This document shows, one piece after another, positions 47,534-55,496 of a stretch of 64,000 bases of DNA. The position numbers and the translations under genes are program-made. Position 1 is the stretch's first letter; the number at the start of each line of letters is the position of its first letter. The notes under the pieces were generated by a model. It worked only from the letters and a program-made list of their open reading frames with translations. It had not been told where the DNA came from and searched no databases. The stretch comes from an uncultured Candidatus Saccharibacteria bacterium (GTDB taxonomy: Bacteria > Patescibacteriota > Doudnabacteria > UBA920). The DNA is taken from NCBI GenBank assembly GCA_964512925.1, contig CAZEKH010000005.1, positions 4,325-68,324 of the forward strand, written 5' to 3'.

Positions 47534-48538
47534 ATGGACAGTGTTATTCCTGTTACACAAATACCACAAAATTCTACTAACGAATCTTCGAATTCGCTTG
47601 TTCCTTCAGGATACCCTGGAACTGCTACAACGCAGGATTTTTTAGCAAATGACAACCCGTTTCAGCCCCAAGTTCCTAATGCGCTTAAAGCGGAAGAAAA
47701 AAATCTTTCTGAAGACAGAGTTTCTTACGCTGACGCAAAAATCCAGGAAATTGAAGTTTCTAAAATAGTTGCCAACCCTTTCCAGCCAAGAAAAACTTTT
47801 AACCCGGAGGCTTTAAAGGAGTTGGCTGATTCTATCCGCGAACACGGGGTGATTCAGCCTTTGGTGGTTACCGAAACACCAAATGGTTATGAAATTGTGG
47901 TAGGGGAAAGGCGTTTTCGGGCAAGCCAGCTGGCTGGTCTTTTGAAAGTTCCAGCTATCGTAAAAAGCCAGATGGTGGACCAGACTAAGCTGGAAGTAGC
48001 GCTCATAGAAAACATCCAAAGGCAGGAGTTAAATCCTATAGAAGAAGCGATGGCCTATGACAGGCTAATGAAGACTTTTGACTTGACCCAAGACCAGGTG
48101 GCAAAGAAAGTTGGAAAGTCGAGGCCCGCAGTTGCCAACACTGTCAGGCTCTTAAACCTGCCTGCGGAAATCCAAAGAGCTTTGATAGAAGGCAAAATCA
48201 CCGAAGGGCACGCCAGGGCGCTTTTGGGGCTCATAGACAAAGACAAGATGCTTTTAATGTTTCAGAAGATCCAGGAAGAAGGTTTAAATGTGCGCCAGGT
48301 GGAGCTGAAAGTCCGCGAGCTTTCCATCCGCAGGCGGATGGACGCGGCAATGCCCGACCCAAAGCTGATGGCGCTTGAAACCGAGCTTCGCGGCCGTTTG
48401 GGCACCCAGGTGAAGATCCAAAAACAAGGCACCGGCGGCAGGATCACTATAGAATATTTTTCCGAAGACGAGCTAAATGAGATCATCCATAAAATGGCAG
48501 AAAATAAAAATCAGGATAGCCAATATTTAACGGTTTAA
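47534..48538 (+). CDS. parB: Chromosome partitioning protein ParB/Spo0J
   Basis: NPFQPRK.F, GVIQP, GERRFRA, ENIQR..LNPIEEA and GKSR..VAN..RLL motifs. Confidence 0.95.
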   Translation: MDSVIPVTQIPQNSTNESSNSLVPSGYPGTATTQDFLANDNPFQPQVPNALKAEEKNLSEDRVSYADAKIQEIEVSKIVANPFQPRKTFNPEALKELADSIREHGVIQPLVVTETPNGYEIVVGERRFRASQLAGLLKVPAIVKSQMVDQTKLEVALIENIQRQELNPIEEAMAYDRLMKTFDLTQDQVAKKVGKSRPAVANTVRLLNLPAEIQRALIEGKITEGHARALLGLIDKDKMLLMFQKIQEEGLNVRQVELKVRELSIRRRMDAAMPDPKLMALETELRGRLGTQVKIQKQGTGGRITIEYFSEDELNEIIHKMAENKNQDSQYLTV

Positions 48539-48619
48539 AACATATATCCTTGGCCTTTGATTTTTAAGCTTTTTCAGATTTTACCTATTTTTTTAAGTGC
48601 TTTTTATCTCAGTCTCTGT

Positions 48620-48645
48620 TGTCATTCCCGCGAAAGCGGGAATCT
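48620..48645. repeat. Family B (dRS3-like) hairpin
   Basis: TGTC-ATTCCC-GCGAAAGC-GGGAAT-CT. Confidence 0.8.
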
Positions 48646-48705
48646 AAGTTTGAGAGAATTTTCGGTACTAACAGATATAAACTGTTTTTCTGTGGAAAAC
48701 TGCAT

Positions 48706-48894
48706 TTGACAAGTTTTTGCTAGGGGTATAATATATATAAAATCTATGCAAAGAAATTTTTCCCACAACCTCATTATTTCTCTCCCGGTCGTCAAGACCT
48801 GGGTGTTTAAAATGCGGGGTAGTGTGGGAAAGAAAAGATAACAGTAGTATAAGTAAAGTTTCCACACCATACCCCGCAAAGAGCGGGTTTTTTT
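48706..48894 (+). ncRNA. Candidate attenuator/small RNA unit (promoter, 31-codon ORF, alternative stems, terminator)
   Basis: TTGACA..TATAAT promoter; ORF 48746-48841; segment 48813-48831 can pair upstream or downstream; CCCGC-AAAGA-GCGGG-T7 terminator. Confidence 0.45.
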
Positions 48895-49011
48895 CTGGGT
48901 AAGAGAAACTTAGAGAAATAGAATGTTAGAGAATTAGAGAGATAGAGTGTTAGAGAGGAAGAAAGTTAGCAAAGTAGATAAAATGAACTTTAAAAATTTT
49001 TTGTAGTTTTA

Positions 49012-49128
49012 CCCCCTCTCCCGTGTGGGAGAGGGTTGGGGTGAGGTTTCAGCGATGGTAATAAAACCAAGGTTTGTTATTATCAAACATTATTACCTCA
49101 CCCTAGCCCTCTCCGTGATCGGAGAGGG
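49012..49128. repeat. Pair of family A elements with tails facing inward and no gene between
   Basis: CCCTCTCCC..GGGAGAGGGTTGGGGTGAGGT, a ~47-bp spacer, then ACCTCACCCTAGCCCTCTCCG..CGGAGAGGG. Confidence 0.88.
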
Positions 49129-49475
49129 AATCTGAAAAAGGCTTGAAATATTTATTATTTGTTCTTTAAAACTTAACACCAACCGCCCACAAAAGTTTTT
49201 CCAACAATTGATTTACTGATTATCAGATATTCTGATCAACTTGGAACTTCTTTTGTGTGCAGTCCGTTTGTTTTTATTTCTTTTCCTCCCGCTGGTCGGG
49301 ACGGACACAAGATGGAATCTCATTCCAAAGCACATAAAAACAAAAAAGGCACACGAAAGTTTGGGCAGATCTTGGCTTACCAGCCACTAAAAAATCCCGT
49401 TTTCAAAATTCGGGATTCTGCCCATAGCTATCCGGGCCGCGCAATTTGCTGGCCCATTCGTTCGAGGAGGAAAAA

Positions 49476-49679
49476 GTGGATAGACCAAAGGCATCCACGG
49501 GTGTTGGTCAAAAATTTTGTCAAAGTTGTCGTAGAACTTCAACTTTCATCACCGTGCAAGGTGACGGACATGAGATTGAAGTTTGTGAAAACTGTTTGAC
49601 AAACGGCGAACCAATATCTAGATTCAACGATCCGGATTATGCTTCGGATGTATCGGCCATGAGACTAATCATGGTCTAA
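49476..49679 (+). CDS. Small zinc-ribbon-like orphan (CxxC..CxxC)
   Basis: GAGGAGG SD before a GTG start; CQSC and CENC motifs; GC hairpin downstream. Confidence 0.5.
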   Translation: MDRPKASTGVGQKFCQSCRRTSTFITVQGDGHEIEVCENCLTNGEPISRFNDPDYASDVSAMRLIMV

Positions 49680-49807
49680 CCAGCAACAGACTTAAAGAGC
49701 AAGTACTTGGGTAGTACCCTGCAATTATACCGCTCTTCAGGTCTTAACCCCGGGGTTCACCAGCTGACCACCATCGGCTAGTGGATCCCGGGCCACTCAA
49801 TTTTTTC

Positions 49808-49841
49808 TTCCTCTCCGTTATCGGAGAGGGTAGGGTGAGGT
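49808..49841 (-). repeat. Family A element
   Basis: Reverse complement is ACCTCACCCTACCCTCTCCGATAACGGAGAGGAA, a near-identical inverted partner of 49095-49128. Confidence 0.88.
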
Positions 49842-50013
49842 AACGGACTCAAAATTCAAATCAGATTTATAAATCATTTAAACTTAAAATCCCCATTTTG
49901 GTTGGGAATGACGGAAAAAACATAAAAATTTCATACCCCCAAAAACCTATTAAATTTTTTGATAAGTTCTTGGGCGCATGAAAGCGCTCGATATTGGTTT
50001 TGTTGGAGGAACA

Positions 50014-50169
50014 ATGAGTGACACTAAACCGCAGGAGCCTGCAATTCGCGCCACAAATAAGGGTCTTAAAAAACCCCGACCACATTACGAGGTCGTAGTA
50101 CACCCGGAAACCCGGAGTGTGGATGTGATCCTAAAACCGTGCGAAGAATGCAAAACCTGCAAGACCTGA
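50014..50169 (+). CDS. Small orphan with a C-terminal CxxCxxC
   Basis: GGAGG SD before the ATG and a terminator GGCAGAGCC..GGCTCTGCC..T-run downstream. Confidence 0.45.
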   Translation: MSDTKPQEPAIRATNKGLKKPRPHYEVVVHPETRSVDVILKPCEECKTCKT

Positions 50170-50261
50170 CAGGTTTTTAGGCAGAGCCGCTACTAATTTA
50201 GTCTTTCTTAGACTTTTTTAGCAGAGGCTCTGCCACTATTTTTTTTATTTTTAAATTCGGG

Positions 50262-50295
50262 TGTCAAACTAGTCACATATGTGACTAGTTTGACA
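50262..50295. repeat. Perfect 34-bp palindrome, copy 2
   Basis: TGTCAAACTAGTCACATATGTGACTAGTTTGACA. Confidence 0.8.
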
Positions 50296-50568
50296 GAGGT
50301 TGGGTTTTTGGTTGGGATGCTTTGGAATCCTTTTCGCTGCGACTCGTAGCCGGGGCGTTATACTCAAGCATTCCAAATAGTCGTGCTTTTCTCATGCACT
50401 TCGATTCCAATAATTTTTATACCAAATAAAAAATACCGAAATTATTTCGGTATTTTTTATTTGGTCGGGATGCCCCGACGACCACTTCGTGATGTCGGGG
50501 TAAACTGGGTATTTCCAACAACCTATAACCATAGAAAAAAGCGCGACACAAGAACACACTTTTTTCTA

Positions 50569-50642
50569 TGGTCGGGATGCTGGGAATCGAACCCAGACTA
50601 CATCCACCCCATGGACGCGTACTACCACTATACTACATCCCG
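50569..50642 (-). tRNA. tRNA-Pro(GGG)
   Basis: Reverse complement has acceptor CGGGATG/CATCCCG-ACCA, anticodon arm CGTCC-ATGGGGT-GGATG, T loop GGTTCGATTCC. Confidence 0.9.
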
Positions 50643-50690
50643 ATTTAAACCTTAGATTAACGATGACTTATAAACTATTTTGTTCAGGTG

Positions 50691-50720
50691 CTTGTCCGCC
50701 GAAGCCTCGGCGAAGGAGGA
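50691..50720 (+). repeat. 30-nt family D element abutting a duplicated tRNA-Pro 5' end
   Basis: CTTGTCCGCCGAAGCCTCGGCGAAGGAGGA. Confidence 0.75.
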
Positions 50721-50808
50721 TACTACCACTATACTACATCCCGAATTGCAAAACAGATAATATTCTAACAAAACTTAAAGTTATGGGCAAATGTGGTATA
50801 ATTTTTCT

Positions 50809-51384
50809 ATGCCAAAACAACTGGTTTTAGCTTCAGCCTCGCAGACCCGCAAAGAAATGCTTGATATTTTGGGTCTAAAATATAAAGTCATCCCCAGCAA
50901 GTTTGAGGAGGATTTGTCTTTAAAAATGCCGGCAGAACAGCTGGCAGTATTTTTAGCTAAAGGCAAGGCTATGGAAGTAGCTTATAGGGTGAAAAATGCG
51001 GTAGTAGTTGGAGCGGATACTTTGGCATCGTTTCGGGGAAAAGTTTTAGGCAAGCCCCACACGCCTAAAAAAGCCTTTGAAATGCTAAAAATGCTTTCAG
51101 GGCAAACTCATTTTGCCATAACAGGGCTTTGCCTAGTTGATACAGAAAATAAAAAAACATTTGCCAAAGCTTATACAGTAAAAGTTACTTTTAGGGAGTT
51201 AAGCGACAGCGAGATAAAAAGTTATATAAAAACCAAACAGCCTCTGGACAAAGCCGGAGCTTATGAGATCCGCGGTCGGGGCGCTGCATTTGTCCAAAGG
51301 TTGGAAGGGGAATACACCACAGCTGCGGGCATGCCTTTGTCCGCTTTTTGCGAAGAAGTAAAAAAGTTTGGGGTAAAACCATAG
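50809..51384 (+). CDS. maf: Maf family nucleoside triphosphate pyrophosphatase
   Basis: LVLASAS..R, GADT, LGKP, LSG.TH and DKAGAY.I motifs. Confidence 0.93.
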   Translation: MPKQLVLASASQTRKEMLDILGLKYKVIPSKFEEDLSLKMPAEQLAVFLAKGKAMEVAYRVKNAVVVGADTLASFRGKVLGKPHTPKKAFEMLKMLSGQTHFAITGLCLVDTENKKTFAKAYTVKVTFRELSDSEIKSYIKTKQPLDKAGAYEIRGRGAAFVQRLEGEYTTAAGMPLSAFCEEVKKFGVKP

Positions 51385-51470
51385 CTCTTTACGGAGTACG
51401 GATTGGCACGAATAGCGGATTATTATTAGGACTTTCGCTTATAATTGGATCCTATAAGTAATAAAAAATT

Positions 51471-52286
51471 ATGAGAAGATTGGCAACACAGACATTTGAA
51501 GCTTTATATCCAGGCCTGAAGGATAGTTTGGCAAGGGAATCCCTTAGGTCAATGTTAGAGTTAAGCAAGAAAAGCGGCGATAGGGCTCTTGATGTATATC
51601 CAAAAATATTTTGGGATAAATGGAATATAAGGCCTGAAATAAACATTGGAGATGAGGATAAAAAAAGATTATTGAAGGAAAAAGGTGTTATAATTTCCAA
51701 TCATCCGGGAATTTTGGATGTGCCTTTAATTCTTGAAGCTTTAAAGGATGAGAGTGGGAAAGTCAGAAGAAATGTGAAAATATTTATTAACTCAGAAAAC
51801 TACCCTATTTTTTCTGAGTATTTAGGTAAAGAATATTTTTTGGAAGCAAAAAGAGATTATCCTGACGCCAAAGCTCAATTGGATATAGCCATAGATTTTG
51901 TGCGGGACGGTGGAATATTCTTGATTTTTCCCAGCGGAGGTAATGAGCAGTTAAACAATGATCCTTTAGAGTTTAGATCGGGTTTTTCCTATTTGGTGGA
52001 TAAGTTAGATTCTGACACTATGATATTTGGTTTTAAGATAAACACTGACGACTTCAGGCGATTATCCTTCAAAGGAGGCGGTATGTTGCCTAGAAGCGTT
52101 GTTGCAGGGATGCATATGGTAAAAGGAACTCCAAACATAAATATGTTTAGAGGCAAAAAGCGAATCAGGATGGAAGGAAAATATTCTAAGGCTTTTGAGT
52201 GGAAAGAGGTTGTAAGGGGCAAAAATTTGATGGTAGATAAAAACCAGTCACACACTCAGCATTATCAGGAAAAATTTAAAATATGA
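51471..52286 (+). CDS. AT-rich protein with PlsC-like acyltransferase motifs
   Basis: SNHPGILD (NHxxxxD) and IFPSG. Confidence 0.6.
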   Translation: MRRLATQTFEALYPGLKDSLARESLRSMLELSKKSGDRALDVYPKIFWDKWNIRPEINIGDEDKKRLLKEKGVIISNHPGILDVPLILEALKDESGKVRRNVKIFINSENYPIFSEYLGKEYFLEAKRDYPDAKAQLDIAIDFVRDGGIFLIFPSGGNEQLNNDPLEFRSGFSYLVDKLDSDTMIFGFKINTDDFRRLSFKGGGMLPRSVVAGMHMVKGTPNINMFRGKKRIRMEGKYSKAFEWKEVVRGKNLMVDKNQSHTQHYQEKFKI

Positions 52287-52822
52287 TAATAAAAGGAAAA
52301 AAGGTAAATCTGAGAACTGTGAGACTGTCAGATGCGGAGAATTTCGTAAAGTGGTTTAACGATCCCGAAGTGAACAAGTTTGTGTTTGTGCGGCAAATGA
52401 ATTTAAAAGAAGAAAAGAAGTTCATCAGAGAAAGGCTAAAAGGCAAAACCAAACAAAACCAGGTATTTTTTTGCATTGATACCAAAGACGGCGTACATAT
52501 CGGCAGTACTTCGCTGGAAATAAAAAGCCAAAGGTTAAAAGTGGCGGGTTTTGGGATAATCGTCGGCGATAAGAATTATTGGAACCAAGGCTATGGCACT
52601 GAAGCGGCCAGGCTGATTTTGGATTATGGGTTTACAAATTTGAAACTGCATCGGGTGGACTTGGATGTTTATGATTACAATAAGAGAGCCTTAAAAGTTT
52701 ACAAAAAATTGGGTTTTAAGGTTGAAGGCAGAAAAAGAGAAACGAATTTGTATAATGGCAAGTATTATGATGCTATATATATGGGAATGCTGAGTAGGGA
52801 ATGGAATGGGATTAAAACATAG
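52283..52822 (+). CDS. GNAT N-acetyltransferase (RimJ/RimL type)
   Basis: YWNQGYGTEA, L.LHRV.L.V...N.RA...Y.KLGF..EG motifs. Confidence 0.92.
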   Translation: MIIKGKKVNLRTVRLSDAENFVKWFNDPEVNKFVFVRQMNLKEEKKFIRERLKGKTKQNQVFFCIDTKDGVHIGSTSLEIKSQRLKVAGFGIIVGDKNYWNQGYGTEAARLILDYGFTNLKLHRVDLDVYDYNKRALKVYKKLGFKVEGRKRETNLYNGKYYDAIYMGMLSREWNGIKT

Positions 52823-52962
52823 GTCTTTACGGAGTACGGATTTGTACGGATATACGGATTATTATTTTAGATATTAGGCGTAAGTCTTTAGTGATATTGC
52901 TAATTATGAGCGCGTGGCATAGCAGGTGGACATTCGTCGGGTAAAAATATATAATAAGCTCT

Positions 52963-54252
52963 ATGTTAGAGCATTTGTTTACCAACATAAAAGTCGGTTT
53001 TTTTCTTAGCCTTAGGCAGATAAAAAGATCCAGCAAAGGTACGACTTTGCTGATCATTTTTATAATGACTTTGACTTTTTTAAACCTGGTCGTGGTCAAT
53101 GGTATTTTGGTTGGGCTTTTAACCGGTTCTTTTAACCAGTTTCGCGCCAGGTATTCAGGGGACATCTTGGTTACTGCGCAGGATCGTTTGGAATACATAG
53201 AAAAAAGCCAGCAACTTATAACTTTAGCAAAAGCGCAAAAAGGCGTTTTGGCAGTTTCGGAACGAACTGTGGTCAACGGCAAAATCCGCGCGGACTTAAG
53301 TAAAAACCCCTCTGGCAAGGAAAGCCCGAACGAAAACGGCGGCTCCATAGTTGGTATAAATCCTGACGATGAAGACCAGGTAACTGGCCTTTCCCAGCTG
53401 ATGCTTAAAGGCGAGGCGCTTAGGCCGGGCGATGAAGGTTATATACTCATAGGCGCTAGTTTGATCAAAGAATATTCCAGCTTTGCGGATGCCAATTTTC
53501 CGGGTTTTACTATTTTGCGCGGCATAAAAGTGGGGGACAAAGTCAGGTTGACGGTTAATATAAAAACTTTGGAAGGCCTTCAAACAGCCAGTAAAGAGTT
53601 GGTGGTTAAGGGAATTGTTAAAAGCAAGGTAGACCAGGTTTCCCAGAGATCTTTTGTGCTAAATTCCGAACTTAGAAAAATCCTTTCCAATTCAGATTTG
53701 AACGTGCAGGAGATTGCCATAAAAACTTTGCCTGAAAATACCCAAGAAGTTTTAGCTTCGCTGAAAGCCTCTTCAGATCTTTCAAAGGTGAGAGTTCAGC
53801 TTTCAGCTGAGGCTGTACCGTCATTTCTTAGGCAGATTGCCCAGACTTTCGGCATCCTGGGCAATGTGATAGGCGGCATTGCTTTGGTGGTGGCATCCAT
53901 CACAATTTTTATTGTTATTTTTATCAATGCCGTAACCAGAAAAAAATATATCGGCATATTAAAAGGAATCGGTATTGAATCTTCAGCTATACAGATCGCT
54001 TACGTTTTCCAGGCTTTATTTTATGGATTTTTAGGCAGTTTGTTTGGTTTTTTGACTGTGTTTTTATGGCTTAGGCCGTTTTTTGACAAACATCCTTTGG
54101 ACTTTCCTTTTTCGGACGGGATTTTGGAAGCAACTGTCCCAGGCGCCCTTATCCGCGCTGGCATCCTGATGCTGATTACTTTGTTTGCCGGGCTTATACC
54201 CGCCAGGATAATTGTAAAGAAAAATACTTTAGATTCGATATTAGGAAGATAA
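52963..54252 (+). CDS. ABC transporter permease (FtsX/LolE/MacB type)
   Basis: One TM, a large extracytoplasmic domain and three TM; RKKYIGILKGIG. Confidence 0.88.
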   Translation: MLEHLFTNIKVGFFLSLRQIKRSSKGTTLLIIFIMTLTFLNLVVVNGILVGLLTGSFNQFRARYSGDILVTAQDRLEYIEKSQQLITLAKAQKGVLAVSERTVVNGKIRADLSKNPSGKESPNENGGSIVGINPDDEDQVTGLSQLMLKGEALRPGDEGYILIGASLIKEYSSFADANFPGFTILRGIKVGDKVRLTVNIKTLEGLQTASKELVVKGIVKSKVDQVSQRSFVLNSELRKILSNSDLNVQEIAIKTLPENTQEVLASLKASSDLSKVRVQLSAEAVPSFLRQIAQTFGILGNVIGGIALVVASITIFIVIFINAVTRKKYIGILKGIGIESSAIQIAYVFQALFYGFLGSLFGFLTVFLWLRPFFDKHPLDFPFSDGILEATVPGALIRAGILMLITLFAGLIPARIIVKKNTLDSILGR

Positions 54253-54321
54253 AAGTTTGTATATTGTATTTTGTATTAAGTATAATGCAAAATACATAAT
54301 ACTTTATACTCTATACTAGTT

Positions 54322-54996
54322 ATGATCAAAGCAACCAACATTATAAAAACTTATGTGTCAGGAGAAGTGGTCACTCCGGTTTTAAAAGGAGTGTCTTTGG
54401 AAATTTCCGGAGGGGAGTTTGTGGCGATCATCGGACCTTCTGGCGCGGGCAAATCAACTTTGATGTACCAGTTGGGTCTTTTGGACCACCCTACTTCAGG
54501 CGAAATATATATTGATTCAGTTGAAGTAACTTCCAAAGAAAGTTCGGAGCGAACTAAGTTTCGCTTAAATTACCTGGGTTATGTGTTCCAGGACTATGCG
54601 CTGATGCCTGAGCTGACAGCTATTGAAAATGTAGCAGTCCCGATGCTGATGCAGGGTATGGAAAAATACGAGGCATATGAAAAGTCAACAATTTACCTAA
54701 AAAAAGTGGGTTTAGAGGGTAAGGAAAACAGCTTGCCGAACCAGTTGTCCGGCGGACAACAGCAGAGGGTTTCCATTGCCCGCGCCATAGCTCACGAACC
54801 CAAGATTTTGTTTGCGGACGAGCCGACAGCCAATCTTGATACCCAGACTTCCAGGGAAGTTTTAAAAGTATTTTTAGAGCTTCATAAAACAGGACAGACC
54901 ATCGTAATGGTGACGCACGAACAGGAGTTTGCCGAAATGGCCGGACGTATCATTGAACTTAAAGATGGTAATATAGTTTCTGATCGGAAGAAATAG
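54322..54996 (+). CDS. ABC transporter ATP-binding protein (LolD/MacB type)
   Basis: GPSGAGKST, LSGGQQQR, ADEPTANLD and VTH motifs. Confidence 0.95.
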   Translation: MIKATNIIKTYVSGEVVTPVLKGVSLEISGGEFVAIIGPSGAGKSTLMYQLGLLDHPTSGEIYIDSVEVTSKESSERTKFRLNYLGYVFQDYALMPELTAIENVAVPMLMQGMEKYEAYEKSTIYLKKVGLEGKENSLPNQLSGGQQQRVSIARAIAHEPKILFADEPTANLDTQTSREVLKVFLELHKTGQTIVMVTHEQEFAEMAGRIIELKDGNIVSDRKK

Positions 54997-55080
54997 ACAT
55001 ATTAACAAGGAATCTGCAGGTGTGTTATACTATTGAGTGCGAGAAAAGGTCGATAAGTTATATTAACTTTTTGAAAAAAA

Positions 55081-55446
55081 ATGACAAAAAAATTAGCAAT
55101 GGTTTTCGGGGTAGTTTTTGTGCTTGTTGGTTTGTTGGGATTTGTTTCCAATCCGATAGTCGGAGAAGGAAAAATTTTTCACACCAACCTTGCTCATAAC
55201 TTGGTGCACATTCTTTTAGGAGCAGTTTTGTTGTTAGGTATGAACAAGGGCGCTATGGTTTTGAAAGTTGTTGGCGCAGTGTACCTTTTAGTTGCCGTTT
55301 TGGGTTTTGTGATGGGCGGAGATATGCTTTTGGGACTGGTTGAGATAAACAGCGCGGATAACTGGCTTCATTTGGTTTTGGGTGTTGTGCTTTTTGCCTC
55401 CTCATTTGCAGGAGAATCAAATAGTTCTGCAGCACCACAAATTTAG
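55081..55446 (+). CDS. DUF4383-like small membrane protein
   Basis: FG.VF.LVG.LGF, HN.VH...G and N.ADNWLHL motifs. Confidence 0.75.
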   Translation: MTKKLAMVFGVVFVLVGLLGFVSNPIVGEGKIFHTNLAHNLVHILLGAVLLLGMNKGAMVLKVVGAVYLLVAVLGFVMGGDMLLGLVEINSADNWLHLVLGVVLFASSFAGESNSSAAPQI

Positions 55447-55452
55447 TTTTTA

Positions 55453-55485
55453 AACAAAACCCCGCGAAAAATGCGGGGTTTTGTT
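55453..55485 (+). terminator. Rho-independent terminator
   Basis: AACAAAACCCCGC..GCGGGGTTTTGTT. Confidence 0.75.
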
Positions 55486-55496
55486 GTTTACAATCT

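Noticed and set aside
48685-48870. Possible oriC near parB (TGTGGAAAA, TTTCCACAC)
   Set aside because: Only one or two imperfect DnaA-box-like words are present, with no cluster and no dnaA or dnaN in the window.
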